From Longimicrobiales bacterium (GTDB lineage: Bacteria > Gemmatimonadota > Gemmatimonadetes > Longimicrobiales > Gaopeijiaceae): DNA of 64,000 nucleotides. The stretch's first letter is position 1. Each line of letters starts with the position of its first letter. This document shows positions 39,298 through 49,358 of this stretch, piece by piece. Where the stretch lies: the NCBI GenBank assembly GCA_965116905.1, contig OZ220732.1, positions 960,001-1,024,000 on the forward strand, given 5' to 3'. A program made the position numbers and the translations under genes. The notes beneath the pieces are model-generated. The model did not search any database and was not told where the DNA came from. It saw only the letters and a list, made by a program, of their open reading frames with translations.

Positions 39298-40764
39298 TTA
39301 CGGAGTCCGGTCCCTCCTGACCTCCTCCAGCAGCCCGTCCAGCTCGTACCTGCCGAAAACCCGCCCGTTGGCGACGACCAGGACGATGCCCCGGGTGTTC
39401 GCGATCGCGTCGAGCGGACTGGCCTCGAGCAGCACGAGGTCGGCCAGCTTCCCCTCGGCGACGGCGCCCAGCGAGTCGGACGCGCCCAGGAACTCGGCGG
39501 GCGCGGTGGTCGCGGCCACGAGGGCTTCGCGAGGAGAAAGCCCCGCCTGGACGAGTAACTCCAGTTCGTCGTGGAGGCTGAATCCCGGGTAGACGAAGGG
39601 GTTGGGCGTGTCGGTTCCCGCGAGAATGCCGACCCCGGCCGCCGCGGCCATCCCGGTCACCGCGAGTTGGCGGGTGAGAAACGCTTCGCGGGTCTCGATG
39701 TCGGCCGGTGTGTCCGTCTCGGTCCCCGGGAACGGCACCTGCCAGCCCGCCGTGATCGCCTGCGGCATGTACTGCAGGCGCGGATCGTCGTCCTCCCGGA
39801 GCCGGTGGAGATAGGCCAGGTTGTTGAGGATCGCGAGCGTGGGCGTCAACCAGGTGCCGTTGGCGGCCAGGTGCGCCAGAAGCTCGCCGCACACCTGGTC
39901 GTCGGCCGCATCGAGGATGGTGCGGTAGAGTCCGGTGTCGAAGAAGGGGTTGGTGAACTCGTCCCCCGCGGCGCGCATGGCCATCCACTCCGCCCGCGCC
40001 GCCCGGACCTCGGCGTCGTTGGACGAGCAGCCCTCGATGACGCCGAACATGTGCGTCATGCTCCGCATCCCCGCGTCCGACGCGTCACGTGCCGGAACGG
40101 TGAAGGGAACGTGTCCGGCGACGTCCACGCCCCGTGCCGTGGCCTGTTCCGCTATGGCGGCGAAGGCGTCCGCTTCGAGCGCGGAGTAGACCTTGATGAA
40201 GCCGGCACCCGCGTCCACCAGCGAATCGACCACGAAACGGGCGCGCTCGGGGCTGTCGGCGATCACCGATCCGGGGAACCAGGCGTTTGCCCCATCCGTG
40301 ATGTTGCCGGACGTCACGGCGCGCGGCCCCACTCGCTCGCCGGCCGCAATGCCCTCCCGGGCCTCGCGCGCCACGGGCAGTTCGCCCCACATGTCGCGCA
40401 CGCCGGTCACCCCGTTGGCGATATAGACCGGCAGAGCAGGGGGGAAGAAGGAGGAGAACTCGTGCACGTGCATGTCCCACAGCCCCGGAATGAGATACCC
40501 GCCGCCCCCGTCGATGCGCTCGACGCCCTCGCCGAGCAGCAGATCGTCGGGCGCGGACACGGCGGCAATCCGGGTGCCCTGGACGACCACGGTGCGTCCG
40601 TCGGCCACGGTGCCCGCCGCAGGATCCACGACGGATACGTTCTCGATCGCGGTGCCGGAGTCGAATTCGCGTGGGGGTGGGCCGCAGGCGACGGCGAGCG
40701 CGGTCACCGCTGCAACGAAGCAGACACGCAGTCTCATGAGGAACCTCTCGGTGGCGGGAGTCAT
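39298..40764 (-). CDS. Amidohydrolase lipoprotein
   Basis: PGLWDMHVH, FIKVY, AGTD, GKLADLVLL. Confidence 0.9.
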   Translation of the reverse strand: MTPATERFLMRLRVCFVAAVTALAVACGPPPREFDSGTAIENVSVVDPAAGTVADGRTVVVQGTRIAAVSAPDDLLLGEGVERIDGGGGYLIPGLWDMHVHEFSSFFPPALPVYIANGVTGVRDMWGELPVAREAREGIAAGERVGPRAVTSGNITDGANAWFPGSVIADSPERARFVVDSLVDAGAGFIKVYSALEADAFAAIAEQATARGVDVAGHVPFTVPARDASDAGMRSMTHMFGVIEGCSSNDAEVRAARAEWMAMRAAGDEFTNPFFDTGLYRTILDAADDQVCGELLAHLAANGTWLTPTLAILNNLAYLHRLREDDDPRLQYMPQAITAGWQVPFPGTETDTPADIETREAFLTRQLAVTGMAAAAGVGILAGTDTPNPFVYPGFSLHDELELLVQAGLSPREALVAATTAPAEFLGASDSLGAVAEGKLADLVLLEASPLDAIANTRGIVLVVANGRVFGRYELDGLLEEVRRDRTP

Positions 40765-40856
40765 GGCCCAACTTGCGCCATCGGCACGCCAGGGGAAAGC
40801 TTGCCGTTGGCAGCTGCGGGACGGATTGGACCTCCGGAAAGAGGAGCGCAGGGAAC

Positions 40857-43016
40857 ATGTTCAAGGTGAGGAAACGCGGTGCGCGCGGGGCTTCCCGTGT
40901 CGCCGGAATGGCGGGGTGTATGATGGTGCTGGGCGCGTGCGGTGAGCCGGCCGCCGAACCCATTGAAGTCGCAACCAGTCCCCTGTCGCTTGAAGGCACG
41001 AGCCCTGTCGAGTGGACGGGCCATGAGCGGTCCTCACATTTCGTCGCGGCGTCCGACGGCGTGCGGCTGGCGGTCGACGTGGTGCTGCCGACCGGGTATA
41101 CGGGCGAGGGCGAGGCGGCCACCGCCTTCCCCGTGATCTTCCGCTACACGCCGTACCACCGCACGTCGATCAACCCGGAGACGGGCGAGGTAGGCGTGGC
41201 GCCCTACGAGTTCTTTCTGTCCCGGGGCTACGCCTACGTTGCGGCCGACATGCGGGGGAGCGGCGCCTCGTTCGGGTGGAACGACGTGATGACTCCCATG
41301 ATGATCGAGGACGGCGGGGCGATCGTCGACTGGATCGCCGCGCAGCCGTGGAGCGATGGCAACGTGGGCATGTTCGGCGGCTCCTACGAGGGCTGGTCGC
41401 AGTTCGCGGCCGCGGCTGCGAAGCCGGAGGCCCTCAAGGCGATCGTGCCGGTCCACACGGGCTGGGACGGCCTGCTGGTCAGGCCCGGCGGGGTCTTCAG
41501 CTATGCCTTCATGGAGATGTGGACGGCCATGACGGATTTCATCAACCACAACAACGTCTTCCCCACCTTCCCCATCCCGCCCGTCACCCCGGTGCTGGAC
41601 GAGGATGGGGACGGCGAGTTGCTCGACGAAATCCCCGTGGATGCGGACGGCGACAGCTGGTTTACCGATGACTATGCCTGGCCGGTCGATCCCGCGAATC
41701 CTCCGCAGTATCCCGACGGGGCCGAGCGCACGGAGCATGCGTACTTCAACGCCACCATGGAGCACATCGCGCACCCGGACGGCGCGCCCGGGAACTACGA
41801 CGCAGTGACCAGCATACGGTCGCAGCACTACTTCGACAGTCCGCGCAAGGCCGACGGACTCACGCCGCCGGACATGAACTGGGCGATGGTGCCCGACATC
41901 ATCGAGTCCGGCGTGGCGATCTACAACTTCGCCGGGTGGTGGGACGCCTTCGCGCGGAGTTCGTTCGAGGTGTACGCGACGCTTGCCGAGACGAATCCGT
42001 CGCGGATCGCCGCGTGGCCGATGTATCACCAGGGGATTTCCCCGGCGGCCTCATTGGGGATCGGAGCGGACCCGACCCGGGAGAACGTCTACACTCCGAC
42101 CTACCTGGGTGAGGCGCTGCGGTGGTACGACCGTTGGCTGAAAGGGGTCAGGAACGGCATCGAATACGAGCCCCCGGTGCACATCTTCCTGCATAACGAG
42201 GGGTGGCGGGCGGAACAGTCGTGGCCGCTGGCGCGGGAGGTGCCCACGCGATTCCATCTGGGCGACGGTGGTGCCCTGGTGCGCGCGTCCGGCGATCCCG
42301 GAAGCGACGACTACACCGCGGACTTCACCCACGACGCATCGTTCGGCCCGCCACTCGACGCTTCGCAAATCTCCGTCGCGAACGCCATGAAGGGGAGGCC
42401 GCCCTTCAACGCGCCCTCGTTCGGCCATTCGCGGCAGCAGATGTTCGGCGTTCCGGGGGACCTGCCCTACCGGACGGACAAGGCCGAACAGGTCCTCACC
42501 TACACCAGCGCGCCGCTGGCGGCGGACACCGAGGTGACCGGGCATCCGATCGTCAGTGTCGCGGTGTCCTCGACCGCCGACTACGGCGACCTCTACTTCT
42601 ATCTGGAAGATGTCGATCCGGAGGGCAATGCGATCCTGGTGACCGAATACCAGCACCGCGCAGGCTTCGACCGTCTCGTCGACAACGACCTCATGATCCC
42701 CGGCAACACCGGGATCGACGTGAAGCCCGATCTGCCCTGGCACGGCTTCCGCGAGGCCGACTACACCGACCGGGTCTTTGCGGACGGGGCGATCGTGAGG
42801 GTGACGACGTCGCTTTATCCGACGTCGTGGCTGTTCAGGGCGGGACACAGCATCCGCGTGTCGGTCGCGGCCGCGGACTGGCCCGTCTTCGACCTGCACC
42901 CGGAGCTGTCACCGCAGAATCGGCCCGACGCCGACGACAACCTGGTGCCGACGATCACGATTCACCGGGGCGGCGAGGAGGGATCCTACGTGGAACTGCC
43001 GGTGATTCCGCGGTAG
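40857..43016 (+). CDS. CocE/NonD (S15) hydrolase lipoprotein
   Basis: DGVRLAVD, TPY, DMRGSGAS, GGSYEG, GWWD. Confidence 0.92.
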   Translation: MFKVRKRGARGASRVAGMAGCMMVLGACGEPAAEPIEVATSPLSLEGTSPVEWTGHERSSHFVAASDGVRLAVDVVLPTGYTGEGEAATAFPVIFRYTPYHRTSINPETGEVGVAPYEFFLSRGYAYVAADMRGSGASFGWNDVMTPMMIEDGGAIVDWIAAQPWSDGNVGMFGGSYEGWSQFAAAAAKPEALKAIVPVHTGWDGLLVRPGGVFSYAFMEMWTAMTDFINHNNVFPTFPIPPVTPVLDEDGDGELLDEIPVDADGDSWFTDDYAWPVDPANPPQYPDGAERTEHAYFNATMEHIAHPDGAPGNYDAVTSIRSQHYFDSPRKADGLTPPDMNWAMVPDIIESGVAIYNFAGWWDAFARSSFEVYATLAETNPSRIAAWPMYHQGISPAASLGIGADPTRENVYTPTYLGEALRWYDRWLKGVRNGIEYEPPVHIFLHNEGWRAEQSWPLAREVPTRFHLGDGGALVRASGDPGSDDYTADFTHDASFGPPLDASQISVANAMKGRPPFNAPSFGHSRQQMFGVPGDLPYRTDKAEQVLTYTSAPLAADTEVTGHPIVSVAVSSTADYGDLYFYLEDVDPEGNAILVTEYQHRAGFDRLVDNDLMIPGNTGIDVKPDLPWHGFREADYTDRVFADGAIVRVTTSLYPTSWLFRAGHSIRVSVAAADWPVFDLHPELSPQNRPDADDNLVPTITIHRGGEEGSYVELPVIPR

Positions 43017-43073
43017 CGAGCGTGTGGCGCCCGGCGCCAGGCGCGCGGCCCCACGCGGACCCGGCCGCGCCTC

Positions 43074-43805
43074 TCAGTCGGCGTAGTCCTGCCCCTGGTG
43101 ATCCAGCAGCGCCTTCATGCCGTCGAGGTAGCCGATTTCGCCGAAGCCATCGGGCGCGGTTGCGGCCACGGCGTCCGCGACCTCGACGGGCACCTGCTTC
43201 ATGTGGCCGCCGGCGGCCCGGACCATCCACTCGGTCATGCAGGCGCGTTCGAGCGACACCAGGTGGAGCATGGCCACCTCGATCGAGGCGGCTGCGACGA
43301 GCGCGCCGTGGTTGGCCATGATGAGGGTGCTCCTGCCACCGAGCGCCTCGGCCATGTGCTCGCCCTCCTCATCCTCGGTCACGATCCCCTCGTATTCGAA
43401 ATAGGCGATGTTGCCGTGAAACACCCCGGCGAGCTGGCCGCCGCGGGTGTCGAGCTGCCAGCCGTCGGTCGATGCGAGGGCGGTCACGTACGGTGAATGC
43501 ACATGGAGGGCGCAGTTCAGATCCGGACGGGCGCGGTACAGGGGCGCGTGGATGGCCCAGGCGCTGATATTGGGGACGCCGGTGCCCTCGACGACCTTGC
43601 CATCCGGGTCGGTCATGAGCAGGCTGGATGCGGTGACACGCGAGAAATGAGTGTGGCCGGGAGAGAGCAACAGGTGGCCGGGGCGGCCCGGAACCGTCGC
43701 GCTGAAGTGGTTCCACGTGCCTTCGTGAAGCCCTTCGAGTACCGTGATGCGATGCGCGGCCGCCAGATCGACGCGAGTCTGCCGGATCAGTTCGGAAGGA
43801 TGCAT
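43074..43805 (-). CDS. Class II aldolase/adducin-family protein
   Basis: EGTWNHFS, AIHAPLY, LHVHS, MANHG. Confidence 0.9.
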   Translation of the reverse strand: MHPSELIRQTRVDLAAAHRITVLEGLHEGTWNHFSATVPGRPGHLLLSPGHTHFSRVTASSLLMTDPDGKVVEGTGVPNISAWAIHAPLYRARPDLNCALHVHSPYVTALASTDGWQLDTRGGQLAGVFHGNIAYFEYEGIVTEDEEGEHMAEALGGRSTLIMANHGALVAAASIEVAMLHLVSLERACMTEWMVRAAGGHMKQVPVEVADAVAATAPDGFGEIGYLDGMKALLDHQGQDYAD

Positions 43806-43877
43806 GACCGGAGAATGCCGTTGGCGGCGTCGGCGGCGCAAGCGAGACAGAAGCGGTAACATCCAGTCGGGATTGCC

Positions 43878-45164
43878 ATGAAAATGAACAAATTCGGGTA
43901 CCACGCCCGTCCGCCGGGCGCAGTCACTGTTTTCCTCCTGGCGGCCGTCGTGCTTCCGGCCACCGCCGCCGTTACCGCCCAGGCCCAGGATCTCGTTCTC
44001 ACCAACGCCCGGGTCGTCGATGTGACCACCGGCGCGGTTTCGGAGCCGGCCACCGTGATTGTCGAAGACCGCAGGATCGCCCGGATCGTCGAGGACGGCT
44101 CGGGGCAGGGTCCGGCCGGTGCGGTCACCGTCGACCTGATGGGACGGTATCTTGCGCCGGGACTGATGGATGCCCACGTCCACGTTTCCTCCGCGGCGAA
44201 CGCGCGGCGCGCACTCCACACCGGCGTCACCACGATGCGCAGCATGGGCACATCCCACTACGTCGACGTGGGGCTCCGGGAACTTCAGGCGGGCGGGCAC
44301 CTCGAAGCGCCCGCGTACCTGGCTGCGGGCTACCATGTCCGGCCCCCGGCGGCCGAGGCCTTCTTCCAGGACCACCCCGAGCTGGGGCACCTGTACGGTG
44401 AGGGGGTGCGCGGCGAGGACGCGGTGCGGGCGATGACCGCGGCGATCGTGTCGAGAGGGGTCGACGTCGTGAAGACGAACGCGACGGAGCGCGCGGGGCT
44501 GCCGGAGACGGATCCGCGACGGCAGTTCTACTCGGAGGCCGAGTTGCGGGCCATCGTGAGCGAAGCTGGAGCGGCGGGCATTCCGGTCGCGGCCCACGCC
44601 CACGGGGACGCTGGCGCGAGGGCGGCGGTAGAGGCGGGGGTGCGGAGCATCGAGCACGGCACCTACATCAGCCCGGAGACGCTCGCGCGCATGGTCGAAC
44701 GGGGGACTTTCCTGGTGCCCACGATCGCGATCGTCAGCGATCTTACCATCCCGGGTGGCGACTACGACAACGCCCTCCTCAACATACGGGGCCGCCACAT
44801 GCTGCCTCGCGTCCGGGAGATGGCGCGGCGGGCCCACGAGATGGGCGTGAAGATCGTTGCCGCGACCGATACGGGGTACGGCCCGGAGAGCACGACCACG
44901 CTTGCCCACGAACTCCTGGAACTGGTGGGGGTTGGCATGAGCCCGCTTGAAGCGCTACGCGCGGCGACGACCACCGCGGCAGAATTGTTCGGGCTCACCG
45001 GTCAGGTCGGCGTGATCGCACCCGGACTCGAAGCCGACCTGATCGTGCTGGAGCGGAACCCGCTCGACGACATCGGGGTCGTGCAGGACGTGCTCATGGT
45101 GGTGAGCGACGGCAAGGTCGTGGTGCAGCGCGGCGACTGGCCCGGTCAGCGTCCGGTGTCGTAG
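43878..45164 (+). CDS. Secreted amidohydrolase (Xaa-Pro dipeptidase-like)
   Basis: DAHVH, AHAHG, SIEHG, ATD. Confidence 0.9.
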   Translation: MKMNKFGYHARPPGAVTVFLLAAVVLPATAAVTAQAQDLVLTNARVVDVTTGAVSEPATVIVEDRRIARIVEDGSGQGPAGAVTVDLMGRYLAPGLMDAHVHVSSAANARRALHTGVTTMRSMGTSHYVDVGLRELQAGGHLEAPAYLAAGYHVRPPAAEAFFQDHPELGHLYGEGVRGEDAVRAMTAAIVSRGVDVVKTNATERAGLPETDPRRQFYSEAELRAIVSEAGAAGIPVAAHAHGDAGARAAVEAGVRSIEHGTYISPETLARMVERGTFLVPTIAIVSDLTIPGGDYDNALLNIRGRHMLPRVREMARRAHEMGVKIVAATDTGYGPESTTTLAHELLELVGVGMSPLEALRAATTTAAELFGLTGQVGVIAPGLEADLIVLERNPLDDIGVVQDVLMVVSDGKVVVQRGDWPGQRPVS

Positions 45165-45193
45165 TGGCTCTGGGACATCTCAGCTGAAACCCG

Positions 45194-45784
45194 ATGTCGC
45201 CGACCCCTCCCTCGCGGCCGGATGTTGGCCGGGACGGCCGCCTTGCGGCCCGCACAAGGTCCCTCATCCGCACGGTGCCCGACTTTCCCATACCGGGCAT
45301 CCGTTTCCGCGATGTGATGGGGCTGGTGGAGGATCCCGACGGCCTTCGGGCGGCGACAGCGGGACTGGTGGACCGTTTCCGGGATTGCGCGCCCGAGGTC
45401 GTGGTCGGAATCGAGGCGCGGGGCTTCATCTTCGGGGTGCCGGTGGCGCAGGAACTCGGCGTGGGGTTCGTCGCCGTGCGGAAGGCGGGCAAGCTGCCGG
45501 GCGAGGTGGCGGGCGCCGACTACGACCTGGAGTACGGGAGCGCGCGTCTGGAGTTGCAGGCGGCTGCCCCGATCTCGACCGGTACGCGCGTGCTGCTCAT
45601 CGACGACCTGCTCGCGACCGGCGGCAGTGCGGCGGCGGCGATCAGGCTGATTCGGGGAATGGGCGGGGACGTGGTGGGGGCGGGGTTCGTGGTGGACCTG
45701 CCGGAGTTGCCGGGTGCGGGGCGGTTGCGGGAACTGGGGGTGGAGGTGTTCGCGCTGTGCGAGTTTTTGGAGGATGAGGGCTGA
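45194..45784 (+). CDS. apt: Adenine phosphoribosyltransferase
   Basis: PDFPIPGIRFRD, EARGFI, RKAGKLP, IDDLLATGGS. Confidence 0.96.
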   Translation: MSPTPPSRPDVGRDGRLAARTRSLIRTVPDFPIPGIRFRDVMGLVEDPDGLRAATAGLVDRFRDCAPEVVVGIEARGFIFGVPVAQELGVGFVAVRKAGKLPGEVAGADYDLEYGSARLELQAAAPISTGTRVLLIDDLLATGGSAAAAIRLIRGMGGDVVGAGFVVDLPELPGAGRLRELGVEVFALCEFLEDEG

Positions 45785-45831
45785 GGTGGCTGCGCGGCGG
45801 AGACGCTTTTTATCGGCGACCTGAGCGGGGT

Positions 45832-46035
45832 CTACAGGCCAATCAATTCGGGCGAAGTCGGCTCAGGGACCGGAAGACCATCCTTCTCGAGTTCTTCGAT
45901 GTAGAGTTGTATGGCTTCGCGAATCAGGGTAGTGACTTCCTCGCGGGTTTCGGCAGCGGCGACACAGCCGGGGAGTTCCCGGACATGGGCTCCGTAGCTG
46001 GTGGGCCCTTTCTCGATCACGACGGTATATTGCAT
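45832..46035 (-). CDS. hicB: HicB-family antitoxin (short form)
   Basis: MQYTVVIEKG...ELPGCVAAAETREE...EAIQLYIE. Confidence 0.9.
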   Translation of the reverse strand: MQYTVVIEKGPTSYGAHVRELPGCVAAAETREEVTTLIREAIQLYIEELEKDGLPVPEPTSPELIGL

Positions 46036-46157
46036 CAGGTATTCCTCGCCTCCAGGCCCGCTTGCTTCAAGATGCTCTTCCATGTCCCCAAGGGTAGGTC
46101 AATCCCAGGGTTCCCCGCGACAACCACGATTCCTCTCTTGAGCGGATGCTTGAAAAT
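46035..46157 (-). pseudogene. hicA: 5'-truncated hicA toxin
   Basis: Hand translation IFKHPLKRGIVVVAGNPGIDLPLGTWKSILKQAGLEARNT*; TGATG overlap with hicB; in-frame TAG immediately upstream. Confidence 0.8.
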
Positions 46158-46169
46158 CTACCGACGTTG

Positions 46170-49100
46170 CTAGTGGAAAAATCGCCCTCGCCCCACGAAC
46201 GACTCTGCCGAATCGCCACCCGGCGTCCCCAGCTCGTCAAGCCAGTCGTTCAGCGAGGTCACCCGCTCGGCGATCACGTGGATCACCCCGTCGACCTTCT
46301 GGACCTTGCCGCGGCAGAGCATCAGCCGCGCGGTGAGGGTGTCGCGGCGCTGGTTCTCGTAGATGGACGGGAAGACGACCAGGTTGGCGGTGCCGGTCTC
46401 GTCCTCCAGGGTGACGAACATCACGATCCCTTTCCCGGGGCGCTGCCGGGTCAGGACGATTCCCGCGACGACGGCCCGGTCTCCGTCGGACAGCCCCTCG
46501 AGACCCTCCGCGGAAAGCACGCCCCGCTCGTTCAGGCGCCGGCGCAACAGCGCAACCGGGTGGTGCTTGAGAGACAGGCCCGTGGTCCGGTAGTCTGCGG
46601 CCACCTGTTCGCCGGCGGACATGGCAGGGAGCGCCGCGTGATCGTTGCCGCCCGGATCGCCCTCCACCGATTCGAACAGCGGCAGCGGCCCCGCTTCGCT
46701 CAGCGCCCGCACCGCCCAGGCGGCCTGGCGGCGGTCCAGCCCCGTCGAGGTGAAGGCGTCGGCGGCGGCCAGACGAGTCAGGACCGCTGACGGAAGGCCC
46801 GTTTGCCGCCACAGGTCGAGGGGCGAGCGGTAGGCGGGGGCGGAAGCCGAGGTCGAGCGGGCAGCGGTCGGGTGGATCGCGAACAGCCGGCCGGCCGTCA
46901 CCTGCTCGGCGTCCTTCTCTTTCAAGCCGCGGACCTGGCGAAGGCCGAGGCGAAGGGCGAGGGGGCCGTCGGCGGTCGGCTCCAGCGTGCAGTCCCACTC
47001 CGAGTGGTTCACGTCCGCCGGGCGCACCTCGACACCGTGGTCGCGGGCGTCCCGCACGATCTGCGCCGGCGCGTAGAAGCCCATCGGCTGGCTGTTCAGG
47101 AGCGCGCAGGCGAAGACTTCCGGATAGTGGCACTTCAGCCATGACGAGACGTAGGCGAGGTGGGCGAAGCTGGCCGCGTGGCTTTCGGGGAAGCCGTATT
47201 CGCCGAAGCCCTCGATCTGCCGGAAGCAGCGTTCGGCGAATTCGCGGTCGTAGCCGCGGTCGGTCATGCCGTCGATGAACTTGTCGCGAAAACAGTGGAC
47301 CGTACCCGGACTGCGGAAGCTGGCCATGGCACGCCGCAGCTGGTCGGCCTCGGCGGGGGAGAAGCCGGCCGCGACGATGGCGATCCGCATGACCTGTTCC
47401 TGGAAGAGGGGCACGCCAAGGGTCTTTTCCAGCACCTGGCGCAGCTCTTCGGACGGGTATTCGACGGGCTCGAGCCCCTGACGCCGACGCAGGTAGGGAT
47501 GGACCATGTCGCCCTGGATCGGCCCCGGCCGCACGATCGCCACCTCGATCACGAGGTCGTAGAAGGTCGATGGCTTCAGCCTCGGCAGCATCGCCATCTG
47601 GGCCCGGCTCTCGATCTGGAAAACCCCGACCGTGTCCGCCCGCTGAATCATCGCATACGTGGCCGGGTCTTCGTGCGGTACGCTCTCAAGCGTGTAGCGA
47701 AGGCCGTACTTCTCCTCCAGCAGGGCGAAGGCCTTGCGGATGCACGAGAGCATCCCGAGCCCGAGCACGTCGACCTTGATCAGTCCCAGCGCCTCCAGGT
47801 CGTCCTTGTTCCACTCGATGACCGTGCGGTCCTCCATGGCCGCGTTCTCGATGGGAACGATCTCGCACAGTGGCCCGCGTGATATCACGAAGCCGCCGGT
47901 GTGTTGGGACAGGTGTCGGGGAAATCCGCACAGCTCGCGGGCCAGCTTCATGGTGAGCGCCAGACGCCGGTCGGAGGGATTGAAGCCCTCCTCGCGGGCC
48001 CGTTCCTCGTCCACCGGACTCGATCGCCATGAGACCATGGACAGCAGCCGCCCGATCACGTCCTCGCTCAGACCCATGGCCTTGCCCACGTCGCGCAACG
48101 CGCTCCTGGCACGGTAGGTGATGACCGTCGCGGTCAGCCCGGCCCGGTTGCGTCCGTACTTGCCGTAGATGTACTGGATGACCTCTTCGCGGCGCTCGTG
48201 CTCGAAGTCGACGTCGATGTCGGGCACCTCGTTCCGCTCGACGGAGATGAAGCGTTCGAAGAGCAGGTCGATCTGCGCGGGGTCGACGGATGTGACGCCC
48301 AGGCAGTAGCACACCGCGGAGTTGGCGGCCGAGCCGCGTCCCTGGCAGAGGATGTCCAGCTCGCGCGCCTTCTTCACGATGTCCTCGACGGTGAGGAAGT
48401 AGGGCTCGTAGTCCAGCTGCGCGATGAGCGCGAGTTCGTGTTCGATCGTCGCGCGCACCCCGGGCGGAATGCCGTCCGGGTAGCGCTTGGCGGCGCCCGC
48501 CCAGGTCAGTGCCGCCAGCGTCTCGCGGGGGGTGCGGCCGTCTTCGGCGACCTCGTCGGGGTACTCGTAGCGCAGTTCGGCCAGGGAGAAACGGCAGCGT
48601 TCGGCGATCGCGACGGTGTTGGCGAGGGCGTCCGGGTGGTTTCGGAAGAGCCGGGCGAGTTCGGCGCGGGGCTTGAGGTGCCGCTCGGCGTTGGCCTCCA
48701 GGCGCCAGCCGGCGTTGTCGATGGTACAGTGCTCGCGGACGCAGGTGAGCGTGTCGTGAAGTCGTCGCCGGGCGGGATCGTGCTGGTGGATGTCGCCGGT
48801 GGCGACCAGGGGGACGCCGTGCGCGGCGGCGAGGTCGGCGAGGCGGGCCAGGCGGCGGTCGTCATCGCCGCGGTGGTAATGGGTGGCGGCGAGGTGGAGG
48901 GGGGCGGCGAGGCGGTCGCGGTACCAGGCGAGGTCGTCGGCGAAGTCGTCGCCGGGCGGGACGGGCGGGACGGCGATGAACACGTGGCCTGTGGGGTCGG
49001 CGGCCGCGGCCACGTCCGCCCGGGTGAGATGGCATTCTCCCTTGGGTGCGCGCCGGCGTCCCGTGGTGATCAGGCGGCAGAGGGCGCCGTAACCGTGCCG

Positions 49101-49358
49101 GGTGGTGGGGAGGCAGAGCAGGCTGGGGCCGTCGCCGAGATCGAGGCGGGCGCCGGGGATGAAGTGGAGACCGGTGCGCTGTGCGGCCTCGTGGGCGCGC
49201 ACAACCCCGGCCAGCGTGTTGCGGTCGGTGAGCGCGAGGGCGCGGTAGCCCAGTTCGGCAGCGCGCTCGACCATCTCCTCGGGGTGGGAGGCGCCCCTCA
49301 GGAAGGAGAAGTTGCTGGTGACCTGGAGTTCGGCGTAGGCGGTGGCGTAGGCGGTCAC
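46170..49358 (-). CDS. dnaE2: Error-prone DNA polymerase III alpha (DnaE2/ImuC)
   Basis: SNFSFLRGASHPEE, QGRGSAANS, PDIDVD, YGFPESHA, LNSQPMGFY, C-terminal RFFH. Confidence 0.96.
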   Translation of the reverse strand: MTAYATAYAELQVTSNFSFLRGASHPEEMVERAAELGYRALALTDRNTLAGVVRAHEAAQRTGLHFIPGARLDLGDGPSLLCLPTTRHGYGALCRLITTGRRRAPKGECHLTRADVAAAADPTGHVFIAVPPVPPGDDFADDLAWYRDRLAAPLHLAATHYHRGDDDRRLARLADLAAAHGVPLVATGDIHQHDPARRRLHDTLTCVREHCTIDNAGWRLEANAERHLKPRAELARLFRNHPDALANTVAIAERCRFSLAELRYEYPDEVAEDGRTPRETLAALTWAGAAKRYPDGIPPGVRATIEHELALIAQLDYEPYFLTVEDIVKKARELDILCQGRGSAANSAVCYCLGVTSVDPAQIDLLFERFISVERNEVPDIDVDFEHERREEVIQYIYGKYGRNRAGLTATVITYRARSALRDVGKAMGLSEDVIGRLLSMVSWRSSPVDEERAREEGFNPSDRRLALTMKLARELCGFPRHLSQHTGGFVISRGPLCEIVPIENAAMEDRTVIEWNKDDLEALGLIKVDVLGLGMLSCIRKAFALLEEKYGLRYTLESVPHEDPATYAMIQRADTVGVFQIESRAQMAMLPRLKPSTFYDLVIEVAIVRPGPIQGDMVHPYLRRRQGLEPVEYPSEELRQVLEKTLGVPLFQEQVMRIAIVAAGFSPAEADQLRRAMASFRSPGTVHCFRDKFIDGMTDRGYDREFAERCFRQIEGFGEYGFPESHAASFAHLAYVSSWLKCHYPEVFACALLNSQPMGFYAPAQIVRDARDHGVEVRPADVNHSEWDCTLEPTADGPLALRLGLRQVRGLKEKDAEQVTAGRLFAIHPTAARSTSASAPAYRSPLDLWRQTGLPSAVLTRLAAADAFTSTGLDRRQAAWAVRALSEAGPLPLFESVEGDPGGNDHAALPAMSAGEQVAADYRTTGLSLKHHPVALLRRRLNERGVLSAEGLEGLSDGDRAVVAGIVLTRQRPGKGIVMFVTLEDETGTANLVVFPSIYENQRRDTLTARLMLCRGKVQKVDGVIHVIAERVTSLNDWLDELGTPGGDSAESFVGRGRFFH

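Noticed and set aside
43806..44909. 611-aa minus-strand ORF as one protein
   Set aside because: Only the last 243 aa are the class II aldolase; the rest is antisense to the amidohydrolase gene.
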